From Veleropilina oligotropha (taxonomy: Eukaryota): DNA of 64,000 bases. The stretch is taken from contig JBEUKZ010000100.1 of assembly GCA_048128005.1 (NCBI GenBank), positions 372,001-436,000 of the forward strand, in the 5' to 3' direction. The notes beneath the pieces were generated by a model, which saw only the letters and a program-made list of their open reading frames with translations, ran no database searches and was not told the origin of the DNA. The position numbers were made by a program, and so were the translations under genes. Below, one piece after another: positions 14,901-29,900 of the stretch. How positions within the stretch are numbered: the first letter of the stretch is position 1; each line of letters begins with the position of its first letter.

Positions 14901-17900
14901 TGAATATTCTTCATCTAAATATTTGTCATTTGATACCAAAACTTGACGAAATAGATTTTCAAATTCATGATACAACAACCATGACTGATATAGTGGGATT
15001 TACCGAAACTTTCTTAAGTGATGACATTTCGGATGCCAAAATCTCTATTCCAAATTATACTGCAGTTCGAAGGGATAGAAAAGGGACAATGGGCGGTGGC
15101 GTAATTGTTTATTTATTGAATCACATTCAGTTTAGTAGAAGGACTGATTAAGAGATGGACGACATAGAGTCTATATGGATAGAAATCACTCTCATCAAAA
15201 GTAAACCGTTCTTACTTTGTTTCTGTTATAGGCCCCCATCATCAAGTGTAAACTGGATTGATAGATTTGATGAACAATTGTCAAATGCTTTATATAATGA
15301 TGATGAAGTCATAATTCTTGGTATTTTAATATCGCTTTCCAATCACTTTATACACTTCCATCGAAATGGAAAGGTGTTGTGCAGCCACATGACTTACACC
15401 AAATAATTTTACCTCCGACATGCGTTACATCAACGAGTGCAAAGATAATTGACCATGTATATACTAATCATCCGGAACATATTACGCATATGAATGTCCC
15501 TGTGTATGGTCTAAGTGACCACTATCCAACTAGCATCACTAAATACAATTATAAATTTGAGAAAAAGAGTCACCATTTTGAAATAGAATATAGAAACTTT
15601 AAGGATTTTATTGATGCACAATTTTTATTAGATTTAGGGAAAGCTCCATTTTACACTGTTGAATTGTATGATGACCCTGATATGTGTCTTGATGCATGGT
15701 ATAAATGTTTCAGTAATGTGCTCAATAAACATGCCCCTCTTAAAAGTAAGCGCGTTAGGCGTTATCGGCAATCACAGTGGTATAATGATGACATCAAAGA
15801 AGCATGTAGGTTAAGAGATTCATATAAAAGAAAAAATGATTCTGTAAATTTTAAAATGTGGAGAAACCAAGTTAAAAGCCTTATACATGCATCGAAGAAA
15901 AAATATGTAGAGATGGCTGTAAATGACAAATCTAACGTTAAAAATATGCAAGATATCACCAAAATTAAATGTAGAAAAGAACCGTACCCCAACGCAATCG
16001 AAATTGGCCCCAATATTATCAATGATCACGAGGAGATAGCTAAAGCCCTGAGCAAATATTTCAGAGACATCTCTACAACTTTAGACTTACGTACTAATCA
16101 TCACCCTGATTTGAGAAACCTTGAACAATATGTCCATAACAAAATTATCCACCACTGATACGTTTGAACTAGGTACTACAACTTGTGTTGACGTGATGAA
16201 ATCGTTGAAAAACTTGAATACTACGAAATCTTCTGGTTTGGATGGCATTGGATCGAACTTATTAAAAATGTCAGCAAATATTGTTAGCAAATCTCTTACA
16301 TACATCTTTAATCTTAATATAACAACAGCTAAATTTCCTAATAAATTAAAGAAACAAAAAAATTTCCCATCCATAAGGTAGCAAAACCAAAGCAGAAAAC
16401 TATAGACCTATCTCCATCTTGCCTATATTGTCCAAAGTTATTGAAAGGCACGTAAGCGACAAATTATAATGTTAATTAAGTAAACACTCACTATTGCAAA
16501 GTTTTCAATCTGGATTTAGAGAGGCACATTCATGTCAAACTGCTTTAACTAGACTAACAGATGATTGGCTCTCAAATATGGACATCGGTAATATGACAGG
16601 TGTTCTATTGGTGGACTTGAAAAAAGCATTTGATGTCGTAGACCATGGCGTACTGCTTCAAAAGCTGCAAATTTATCAATTTAGTTCGAACTCATTGTCC
16701 TGGTTTCATTCGTATCTATTTCGAAGGAAGCAAAAAGTATGCATAGGAAAATCTCAATCCGAATTCAGAACTGTAAAATCTGGTGTTCTATACAACTATT
16801 TATAAAATCTTGCTGACGATACAACTATTTATACATCAGGCACTGACATTCGGGCATTAACAGATGATCTAACGACTGATCTAATGAATATTGAAACATG
16901 GTGCCATGAAAATGGCATGATGATAAATTCCGAAAAAACTAAATCTATCCTAATAGGGAGCCATCAAAGATTAAGTAACCAACAATTGGAAGTAAAGCTG
17001 AACAATGTCACCATACAATGTTCTCCAACTGAAAAACTACTTGGTGTTCATTTGGACAGCAATCTAACATGGACCAATCATATCGACCATACATGCTCTT
17101 TGGTGTCATCCAGAATATCATTATTACGGAGGGTTAAAAAATATTTACCTATGTGAGTATGGAATCCCGTAAATTATTTTATACTAGTTATATTCAATCA
17201 ATTATTGACTATTGTTTTACTGTCTGGGGAAATTGCTCCTTGACAAGCTTCAAGCGTATTGAAAGGCTTCATAAACAAGCTGCTCGGGTTATCCTGGATG
17301 TTACTATAGAAGTACCCAGTTCTCAACTATTTCATTCATTAGGATGGCTAAAAATAACTGATCGCTTACAACTCCTCACAGGCACTCTAATGTATAAATC
17401 TTTAAACAAACTTGCTCCAAAATAATTTTACTTCCGGAAAAAGTCGGAACTGAAAGTTCGGTAAACATCGTTTCAGTGCAGAAATGTTACGGAAATGAGC
17501 GATGTCAGTCGGGGAAATTATCGATCGATAAATTGAAGAATGCCCAGCGTTGTGTCGGTATCAAAAGGGATATTTGTGTTTTGCTAAATTAGGTCTATAA
17601 ACGATCGCCTTTGTCTGATTTTTGAAGTTGCGAAGTCACACACCGTGACATGATAAACGGATTAAAAATCTATTGTCCCGAATCCAAATGACAGACTGTC
17701 GAGTTTATATCTGAATGCAAAATCGAAGATTAGGCTTATGAATCAAAGTAAACGGTGTCGTTACATCTATTCACACGAACAGCACTTAGTTCGCCGATAA
17801 ATTACATAATTCTAAGACAACAACAACATTTGTAACAATTAAAACGACTGATCCTACAAAATGAGAAGTATTATCTCCCCTGATCTAGTTTTTGAGAATA

Positions 17901-20900
17901 CGTAGCCTCGTTGCCGCTTGCGAACTATAGTGAATTAATTATTATTTTAATTTTATATGAAGACAACGTCTTATATTGTTTTTTATATCAAATCATAATA
18001 TACTGTAATAATGAAATCTCGCCAGAAATAATTATTCAATAACTATAAACAAAAATCGATTCAAGATTAAAACATAGGCTAATTTTTCAACATGGCGGCC
18101 AATAACGCGACACATGTTCAGCAGAAGAGAAACGTTCTGAAAATGAATTTCCACACCATAGTAATGTATGAAATGTGACGATACGCTTTCGAAACCTATA
18201 TCAATTCTACTGAAACAGGCTAAACACCTTCAGGTCAGAATAACCACAAAATATTGTGTATACAATCCGTATTTATCATTTTATGGAAGGAAAAATACAT
18301 TTAGTATGATTTACAAATAAATTTATTACCAGAACATATTTATAATAAAGAACTGTTACAAGTAATTATCGTCGATGATTTCCGGCGAAAAATAATTTCC
18401 GAAATTTACTGATCTGGTTAAAACGGTTAAACGGATAATCGCATAAATAATCGAGACAATCTCGCTATGCAAATAAGCGGGTTCCACTGTATTAGATAAT
18501 CGTTTCAGTCATAAGCATAAATTTTAACATGAATTAATGCATGAACGATTGCATTCGAAGCTGCATTATATAGCTGGAAGATCTGTCCCCAATGCTTATT
18601 CGCTTTGAAAAGATATGCCCCAAAGTGGTGAAGGTTTCTCCCCAGTCTATTTAAAGAGACTATTGCCCGTAAATGCGGTCTTTTCGTGACTGTACACAGC
18701 ATGACTGATCACCCTCTATCGCACGGTTCGCGCAGATTGATACAAATTTTGCAAAGATATGATCGATGTATGATCAAATGATAAGACTTTTATTGAAATT
18801 ATTATTGTAAAGCCCCTTTCCCACATACACGATTTTTGTTAAGGTAGAGCACGATCTTTAAAATATGAAAAAATTTGATGCACCGTAGCAATTCGTACTC
18901 AAAAGTTTCAAGGGCAATCGAATTCCACGTCTCGTCAAGACGCCACCAAGATATTGTACGGTAGTAGTACGATAGTGTCATGATTGTGTTACGAATTATT
19001 AATATGGTAGAGTTACGATATCGTCAAGATTTGTCACAGCGTACTACGATATGCCAAGATTGTACTACAGCATCAGTACGATTTCACAAGATGCCAGTAC
19101 GACGTCAGTACGATTTAATAAGATGCCTGTAAGATTTAATTAATCACATGACGAAAAAGGTGCTCAATGGCTGAATTTATTGGTGCTGTCATCATAGTTC
19201 TTCGCATGATACAAAACACTTTCTTGGTGCAGTCTTGTTGGCGTCTTGTTCAAGTCATGCTAGGTCGCAATACCATCGTACTGGCACAGTAGCGAAGTCT
19301 TCGCTTACCGTAGGTGTTGTGGCCACTACGAATGAGTACGAATGAACAAGACACTGGCACGACATACCACGACAACGTTACGACTCTCACACGATGCTGC
19401 TGCGGTGATCCACGATTGTTTTCACAACTACAGTATGCTACGGTAGAACAATATTTTTTTGAAATTCCAAATAAATCATGGTTGTCCACGGTGCCATCAC
19501 GATTCACTACGGTGCGCTACGGTGGACCACGAACATGTGTATGACGCCGTTGCGATTGAAAATAATTTAAAATCATGCTCCACCATAGCAAAAATCGTGT
19601 ATGTGGGAAAGGGGCTTATAATTAACTGGGCAATATATGTTATTGTCAAGTATAAAGCTATCTTACTTAACGAGCAGAAACCTACGCAACTGTGCTACAA
19701 CTAGGTCAATTGGAAATGAACTCGGTGTGTGGTAATTAAACGCGTACCGCGTTTTATTATTTTTAAGTATTCAGTAGCGATCAATTTAAACGGTAGCAAT
19801 TTACTGACGAAAGTTGAGTGTTGAAAATTCATAACTTTTTATGCTATAAACAAAAAGTGTAATGCGGTTAGTTTTCTGTTTAAAAAAGAATGAGTGCATT
19901 TACGGGCAATAGTCTCTTTAATGTAAGTTACAGTATCATAATGATAGCAAATGAATATAATAATTTTAAAATACCTGTCTTAACTTTGTGTTTTCGCTAA
20001 AAACAGATTATTTAATTTATGGATATAGGTGAAAAATCGCCGTGAATAAAAGACATGCTCATTTTATTTAAATATCGACATTTTAAACATTTATTATTAT
20101 ATTTAAATTTAGTATTATTACATTTTATTTACGGATATGATAATCTCTAAAGCAGGATAACTTTACGCCATTCATATATGTGGCAAAACGTGTCACACTG
20201 ATTCAGGGTAAGCATCTTCAAGTGTGGAAATCAAAGAGAACCAGTGCGTTAACATATATTTGGCGATGAAGGCCTTCAGATCTAAACACACCGTTTTGTA
20301 TCAGTAGTCGCTGTCGTTAAAGATTTTGTGTTTAGCATCTAAAATGACGTAACAATAATTATATCATGCAATTGAATCTTTGACAAACTATCTTTAAATG
20401 GAAGGGTCACATTACAAATTGACTTGATAAAACTTACCCTCAACACAGGGATCAGTTCCTCCGCAGTTGCTTGGACATATCGTGTCCGTGACGGCTGATG
20501 GCGGCCCCGGGTGGGAATAAGCTGGGTCCGTCTCGCTGGTCCACAGGGAGCTGTTCCTGTAGATCTGCAGCAGGCACTGCTGCTGGACATTGTCGATGGC
20601 CGCCTTGTGCCACAGAAAGTCCTCCATGATCTACAAATAGCATTATGTTCCATCAGCAGCACGCCTTATAGCATTATGTTCCATCATCAACATGCCTTAT
20701 AGCATTATGTTCCATCATCAACATGCCTTATAGCATTATGTTCCATCAGCAGCATGCCTTATAGCATTATGTTCCATCAGTAGCTCGACTTATAGCATTA
20801 TGTTCCATCAGTAGCTTGCCTTATAGCATTATGTACTATTAATTTTAAACCCTAGACCGCAAATGTATTTTTGCCAGTTATCCGAATTTTGAAACTGCAA

Positions 20901-23900
20901 AAAATTCTCTAGACTGGGTCCCCTTTAAAGGAAAGGATCGATGCTTAATATCCTGTATATTTCCAACCATCATTTGGTTCATAGCAGGACATGTCCATAT
21001 TATCGCGGGAAACCCACCCTCTCCGACCAGTTACGGACAACTGTGATTCATAACTTGACCAAATGTGTGATGTTCCTGCCGAGGTTTGAACCCATTACTG
21101 TTCGCGTTAGCGGAATCAAGTCAGTGATTTTTGAAGTGCACAACCCCTCGAGCGCCTATATGAATAAAAAGTGAAAAATAATAAATTCAGATCCAGTTTT
21201 ATTATGGGTAACCAACATTTCACAGAAAGAAATTCGTCAAGTTGGGCACTGCCAAAGTTAACTTGGGAATTGTTGAAAGTTGAGCTGCAATATTTTTCAC
21301 ATCACATGCAAATTAGATAAATACTTTTTCAAATTTAACGAAATGTTTGCGTGTTTCGATGAGTCTTATGAATCAAATTCGGCGACACAGTGTTGGATGA
21401 AATGACCGAATTTCCACCAAAATGGCTGCCGTTGAATGCTGAATTTCCACCAAAATGGCTGCCGTTGAATGCTAATATTCCACTAGCGGGAAGCCATATC
21501 AGCTGCATTTTTCATTATAAAACAGCAAACAATGTATGTTCTTTAATTTTGAATCATCAAACTTTTTACAGCCTCTACATATATTTTAGTAACTAAAACA
21601 GGCAAATTAACTTCAACACCCTATAGCGACATTCCAGCACATGTTCGGCCGGAAATATCTGCCCTCACAGGACAGTGTTTCAATAACTGTAACGGTCGAG
21701 AACATCTGCCCTCACAGGACAATGTTTTAATAACTGTAATGGATGGGAACATCTGCCCTCACAGCACAGTGCTTTAATCAATGTAACGGCAGGGAACATC
21801 TGCCCTCATAGAACAGTGTTTCAATAACTTTAATCCATTTTGACCTACTTTTCCATTGTATTAACTGTAGATTATTTTTCACGAATCCACTGCTACAAAA
21901 TCATTGTGTCTGCTTGAAAGACCAATTAAACAAGCGTTATGTGCATTAATTCCATGCTATGGACGATTCCATTCCAGAAAATGAGGAAAGCATGTTTAAC
22001 GCAGTATATAATCCAAAGAGGTAGATTTATCTGCGGACGAGTCCATTCTAGTACACTTGGACACTGAAAAGAAAATATTAATTATTTTAACGCGTAGACA
22101 ACATTTTTGCACTGACAACAAACTTCAAGCACATTAAATTCGTTACCCAAATGAAGAAAATGTAATACACGTTTAACGTTCAGAAGAATCTGGCAATACT
22201 CCATATAATGCTGTTGTTCATATGAACGATGTTCCATTGCTTTACTTTGAAACGAACACCGAGAGCTATTTAAATATTATATCACAGAAATGTCGTTAAA
22301 ATACAACATATATTTGCAATATTATACTATACCTGATGCTCTCTGCAGAGGTAAATCCCACGTGTGCTCTGGTCAAACATCTGAAGCCAAGTGAGCGTGC
22401 TTTGAAATGTACATCATCACGACGCAAAAATATTTCGCCTTGCATGCCGGTATAATTGCACTTAACGAGCACATTAAACGTCTATTCATAACCATGATTA
22501 AGCGGCGCCTTCAACTAATTAGGAATGGGATCCGACAGGAGTTTTGGGAGAGTAAACCCCAATTCGTACAAAATTTCTATCGTATTGTTTTTAAATTGGC
22601 GATTTCATGTATATAATAATGTTTAAAATATAACAAATAGCTAATATTGTCAAAATGGATTAAATAAGTTAACCAACTTGGGACTGTGGATTCTTGAAAA
22701 TTAATTCACTTGGGCCTGTCGGCCCGCGTGAATTATTTTTCAAGAATCAACAGTCCCACGTTGGTTAACCTATACGTAACGGTCGGGAACATCTGCCCTC
22801 ACAGGACCGCGCTTTAATAACTGTAACGGCCGGGAACATCTGCCATCACAGGACAGTGCTTTAATAACTGAACAGTTATTAAAGCACTGTCCTGTGATGG
22901 CAGATGTTCCCGGCCATTACAGTAATTAAAGCGCTGTCCAGCTGTGAGGGCCGATGTTCCCGACCGTTACAGTTATTAAAGCACTGTCCTGTGAGGGCAG
23001 ATGTTCCCGGCCGTTACAGTTATTAAAGCACTGTCCTGTGAGGGCAGATGTTCCCGGCCGTTACAGTTATTAAAGCACTGTCCTGTGAGGGCAGATGTTC
23101 CCGGCCATTACAGTTATTAAAGCACTGTCCTGTGAGGGCAGACATTCCCAGCCGTTACAGTTACTAAAGCACTGTCCTGTGAGGGCAGACATTCCCGGCC
23201 GTTACAGTTATTATTAAAACACTGTCCTGTGAGGGCAGATGTTCCCGGCCATTACAGTTATTAAAGCACTGTCCTATGAGGGCAGATGCTCCTGGCCGTT
23301 ACATTTATTAAAACACTGTCCTGTGAGGGCAGATGTTCCCGGCCGTTACAGTTATTAAAGCACTGTCCTGTGAGGGCCGATGTTCCCGGCCGTTACAGTT
23401 ATTAAAGCACTGTCCTATGAGGGCAGATGTTCCTGGCCGTTACGGTTATTAAAGCACTGTCCTGTGAGAGCAGATGTTCCCGGTCGTTACAGTTATTATG
23501 CCCCCGGCTCGACTTTAGTCGGCCAAGGGGCATTATGCTTTTGGTCCGTCCGTGCGTCCGTCCATCCGTAACAGATTGAACTCACCTATCTTTTTCGATG
23601 TTAATTATGAGCGATCTTCTTTAAATTTAATATGCTATTAGATATAAATATGAACCATCATGAGTTCGAATATTGATTGAAAATATTTATTTTTTACCAC
23701 ATTCTCTTACGTTTTTGAACATAGTCTCTGGACCTTCAATTCTGATCTCATTCTATAAGAAACTCACCCACCTTTTTCGATGTTAATCAATAGCCATCTT
23801 CTTGAAACTTCATATGCTATTATATATAAGTATGAACTATCATGAGTTCGAATTTTGAATGAAAATATTTATTTTTTACCACATTTTTTTTACGTTTTTG

Positions 23901-26900
23901 AAGATAGTCCCTGGAGCTTCATTTCTGATCTCATGCTATAAGAAACTCACCTAACTTTTTCGATGTTAATCAATAGCCATCTTCTTGAAACTTCATAAGC
24001 TATTATATATAAGTATGAACTATCATGAGTTCGAATGTTGAATGCAAATATTTATTTTTTACTACATTTTTTACGTTTTTGTACATAGTCTCTGGAGCTT
24101 CATTTCTGATCTCATGCTACAAGAAACTCACCTACATTTTTCTATGTTAATCAATAGCCATCTTCTTGAAACTTCACATGCTATAATCAGCTATTATGTA
24201 TAAGTATGAAATATCATGAGTTCGAATGTTGAATGAAAATAGTTATTTTTCACTACATTTTTTAACATAGTATCTGGAGCTTCATTTATGATCTCATGCT
24301 ATAAGAAACTCGCCTAGCTTTGTTTACGTTAATCAATAGCCACCTTCTTGAAACTTCAAAAGCTATTATATATAAGTATGAACTATCATGAGTTCGAATG
24401 CTGAATGAAAATATTTATTTTTTACTACATATTTTACGTTTTTGAACATAGTCTCTGAAGCCCTCTGGGGCTTCATTTCTGATCTCATGCTAAAAGAAAC
24501 TCACCTATCTTTTTTTATGGTAATCACCTTCTTCAAACTTCATATGCTATTATATATATTAGGTATGAACTATCATGAGTTTGAATATTGAATGAAAATG
24601 TGTAGTTTTTACCACATCTTTCACGTTTTTGGACGTAGTCTCTGGAACTTCATTTCTTATCTCATACTATAAGAAACTCAACTATTTTTTTTATGTTAAT
24701 CAAGAGCCATCTCATTCAAACTTCATAAGCTAGTAGATATATGTATGAACTATCATGAGTTCGAATATTGAATGAAACAAATTATTTTTAGAACATAGTC
24801 TCTGGAACTTCATATCTGAATTCATGCTATAAGAAACTCACCTACCTTTTTCAATGTTAGTCAATAGCCATCTTCTTCAAACTTCATAAGCTATTATATC
24901 TAAGTACTAGTGGGTACCGGTACTAAACGGGTGATTTTGTTAAAATTCCCAATACCCCCCACATTTATTGCCCCCCTTTTCACCCCCCCATTTTGCGCCC
25001 CACCTCCCCCCCCCCACTTTACCCCCATCCATTTCTCGCCCCCGCCATTTATCCACCCCTCCCCCCCACTTTCCCCCTCCATTTCTTCACCCCTACTTTA
25101 CCCCCCCCACCACTTTACCTCCCTATTTCCCCCCCCCCCCCCCCCCACCCCAACTTAGAGGGGATACATCGGCGGCTATTGTTCAAATCTTCTCGATGCG
25201 AATTTACAATGTGGTAGATCTTCCCGTTATATACAATAGCTTCCAATGCAGCCGCTCACGCTAAAATGATGCTGTGATTGAAACTATTATTTAATAATTG
25301 TAATACTTTATGCTGCATTTTAACTTGCGAGTCATCAAATGAGTAGGGGATAAACACGCACAATATCACATTTGTGGTTTTCTTTTGTATGTAAATTTAG
25401 TAACGAAGCGGAATCAGCATCATTCTTTAATTAATTTACAAGGTTTCGCAAGTTTTGGAATGCCTGACTGTGCAAATGCTTTGTGCACTGTATACTTACG
25501 CTCAGCAGAATGATAGAAAAACGACATCATCTTTTTCCTTTTATAATGTTTATGAACAGATATAGTGATGTAGCATCAATGGCTTGAACATATACCAGGG
25601 TCATCTGCAGTGTCAGTAGACACATTTCTAGTTAAACACTGACTGTCCCGGTAGAGCAGATGTTCCATACTATTTCCTGACATGCGCAGAGTATTTAATA
25701 TCGAAGGAAAATTGATCAAAAACTGTTGTTTACTACCAAGATTTACATTGTTTAGCAAGTATAAAGATTAGTGTTTACGTTTGGACATCAGTATATGGAA
25801 GTAGGAACTTATCGCAATGTATATCGTTACTTTTACATAATGAATAGCCGTGAAAAGCTAAGCCGAAGCGTGAATTATGTTACTAAAAGACCACATGTAT
25901 GTCGAAGAATGAGGTCAACCAGCATAGGTCAACATGACAGCACTGGTTAATGGATTGACCCTGGAAGCCCGCCCCCTACATTGATAACTGTAACGGCCGG
26001 GAACATCATTCTGCCCTCACAGGACAATGCTTTAATAACTGTAACAGCCGGGAACATCTGCCTTCACAAGACAGTGTTTTAATAACTGTAATGGCCGGGA
26101 ACATCTGCCCTCACAGGACAGTGTTTTAATAACTGTAACAGCCGGGAACATCTGCCTTCACAGGACAGTGTTTTAATAACTGTAATGGCCGGGAACATCT
26201 GCCTTCACAAGACAGTGCTTTAATAACTGTAACGGCGGGGAACATCTGCTCTCACAGGACAGTGCTTTAATAACTGTAATGGCCGGGAATGTCTGCCCTA
26301 ACAGGACAGTGCTTTAATAACAGTAATGGCCTGGAACACCTGCCCTCACAGGACAACACCCTATAGCAACTGTTACATACCAGCACATGTTCGGACGGGA
26401 ACATCTGCCCTCACAGGACAGTGCTTTAATAACTGTAACGGCGGGGAACATCTGCCCTCACAGGACAGTGTTTTAATAATTGTAACTGTTAACTGAACGA
26501 AGCGCCCAGAGGAGGATTGAAATGCACTCTTGTGAATCAGAGCAATCGCACGTGAATTGATATCCGCGCGCTTATCCATTACACCACAGGGCTGTTTTAG
26601 AGTTATTAATACATTAAACATCATCATTATGGTTAACTTAATTGGGACCACATCATAGTATCAATGCCAAATCAAAATTGCTATTTAACAATAGGCAGTT
26701 CACTGAATACTTTTCATTTTAAGACAAGAAAATGTAACACAATGCATTTTAAATTTGAAGATTGGTCCACTGGAAGCAATTTTATTGCCAATCAAAGTAC
26801 GTGTATTGGAAAATGCGTCATTCTGTGAAATTCCTTAATAGTGTATTATAGTAAAACAATGGCACACATTTTGACCATTTTCAGTCTAATTTCAATATCC

Positions 26901-29900
26901 TTACCACTATTGCTATGAAACTTGTAATAAAAATTGTTGAATCTATATATTATATACATATTTTCACAAAACACCGATATTGGTGGCAAAATATGAATAC
27001 TAACTTGCATAAATCCAAGATGGCCGCCACTGAATTGCTATATATTCAGAGTTAAACAACAAGAATTTCAAGCAATTTGAAAATATTATTAAATATGTGA
27101 TAGAGTCAATAAAAACAATATTATTACACATTTTCATAGAATGCAGGTAATTTGGGCAAAATATCCAAATTAATCTGCATAAATCCAATATGGCCGCAAA
27201 ATATTTGCTATTAATGATAACAAAATAATTTTATCAATATCATATGAGGTAAGGTGTCATCGGAAAGATAATAAAGACTACATTTCAAATATGTACACAC
27301 CACAGGTAATATTAACAAAGTTTGCTTACTAAATTGTGTAAAACCAATAGAAGTGGTCTTTAACTTTAATCAGTTTGTGAGCGTTCTCGTTTATCAGGGA
27401 TATGCTCCCATCGTAATATGAATGTCACTCCTGGTATGAGCCTGACGAGTATTAAATTGGATATATTATTGAACAACAATTAAGGAACCAGCCGTAAAAT
27501 CATGCAGCCTAACCTCAGAGACAATTTAGTGTTGTTCACAATTCCGTTAGAATACTACATTATACACTGTTCACAGGCAGATGAACAAACAATGGTAAAA
27601 TTCATTGGAATCGGGCATGTATTGTGCACGTGCATTCGGACGTGAGAAAGGTGTGACAGTCAATTAAATGTGTACGATATTCTTTATTCAATTGTTTTAG
27701 AAAAGTTGTTTTGAAATACTTTTAAATCGTTGCTGAATGTGTTTGTAGTTGTCTATGGGCCATGATTGACCCCCACTATCCACAGGTCTCACGTTAAAGT
27801 AGACCTCAAAGATAAAACATTTTCTGACAATGTCAATATCATCATGCTCAGGCCACTTGAACACTCCGGCAATTGTAGTCAGTGCCATAAGCTTAACTTC
27901 TGCCTCGTCAATGGTGACTTTCATCACTATGCCTGGATACCAACAAGGATTTTGTTGATTATATACAACAGCGACATTATTGCGACATCCTTATATCTGA
28001 AGTTTGCACCAATTTGTTGTACTGTACAAATAATTAATGCTGTCAATAAATTATATTTTCAATACCAGTACCACACATGCATGCACGAACACACATATGG
28101 TATTGTAAATATAATTTTATGTATCTCATTTTCTTGCTTATTTTCAGATAATTATGTAATTGTAATGAGTTAGGCTAATTGCTGCTTTCATTGTGCTCAG
28201 TAATAATTTAATTGTGTTACATAAGCAAATAGGCAAGATAATATTAAAATTTAATGAAAACATTGTATTGTTATAAATTTAATAATAGGCCTATTATCGT
28301 AAATCAATGAGATTCTGATACAGTGATAGTATCAGTCAGTGAACATTTGTAACAGGTAGTTCTGGTTGTTAAAAAGTCATTTCCAAGTTCAAATTACATT
28401 AAATGTAATGTTATTTATTGCATAATCATAATATGACATTTTTGATAAATTGCTGTTTTAAATTACTTCGTATTTTTCATTAAAAATAAGATGTTGTCCG
28501 TTAAACGATCGTTTTATCATTATCATCCTGCCACCCCCATATTATCTTGAATATGACAATTGGACTCTTCTGTTTAAGCATTGAACGTCTTTGCTGCGGG
28601 CGAGGACTCATAATAGACTCGCCCACGCATAAAATTTCATAGAATCGTTTAGAAATGATAGACAAAATATTTCGAAACTGCTGAAAGTTCACATTCAAAT
28701 CATCATGCGCGCACCTAAATTAACGATTTTTGTTACAATATATATACGTATATAATCATTGGGATATGAACTTAGGCCTTATGTAAATATTTAAGCGTGA
28801 AAATAATCTACCTTTGTAGAAACCGCAATTTAATGACCCTATTCCAACCGGCGAAAATACATATGCTATCGACTCCATTTTTGTTGTGGCATGTTGAGGA
28901 AGCCGTCCCCTGATTGGTTGTAAAATATGACATCGCTAGGTTAAGCCAATGGTGCGCAGTTTTATAAATGAAGTTGACCGGACATTTAAGATATAGTGAA
29001 AGCACCTCGGATGGGACGTCTCGATGTTTGCAGTGTTTCGTCGCCGATTATAACACCATATATTGAAATATTAAAAGGATAAACACGACATAATAAACAT
29101 GAACATGTGCTGAATAAATGGATACCAATATTAATGGGGTAATTATGATCTATAGTGTATTAAATTGAGCTATACGGTAACTTGGTTGTATTTTGGGGAT
29201 TTTCACCACGAGTCTGACTGACGTTTGGCGTTGCTTAAATCATAGTGGAAGGAGAGCTCAAGATTTCAGTTGGATATCTGTCTCAGTGGACCCAGCCAAT
29301 CTGCAGTCACGTGAGCATGTGTTCTGCACATCGATCAAGACAACAGGACCATTACCCTTTAATTTTTTTTATCAAATCTATGATTACAAGCCTCCCAGGG
29401 CTTGCATACCTTAATGTCTTCCACACACGACAGCATGGCGGTTTCGAAGTCTACTCCAGGAATATGTTCACAAGCTGCTAAGTTCTCGCGAGCAAACGAG
29501 TCACACAGAATGATTGCGTTTCTCTCAGTGATTCCTCGTTGGGTGGGGAATTCATATTTCTATGGGAAAAACAAAACAAAGAAATTTAATACTGCATTGT
29601 GCAGTGTAACATACAGTATGGTCAAAATTGCCCAAGTCAAAATGGTTCCGGACAAAATTGCCCTAGTCAAAATGGCCCCAGTTAAAATAACCCCAAGAGC
29701 ATACTTGGTCAAAATGGTCCCCAGATATAAAATGATACACTCAATATTTTAGTTCAGGTATATATATCAAATCGTGTTTGTTAGAAAATGGAAGTGGTCT
29801 TTGTGATATTTCTTAACTTTATTTTCCATTTCTGATAAAATATGATATATGGATGTTACGATACTGTTTTTAAAAACCCCATAAAACTTAATATATAGTG

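Noticed and set aside
24910..25264. Proline-rich ORFs
   Set aside because: Translation of poly-C low-complexity DNA in all frames.
27697..27927. ORF with FKWPEHDDIDIV, reminiscent of transposon-associated proteins
   Set aside because: Short, no catalytic motif, and no matching TIR pair found; at most a decayed TE fragment.
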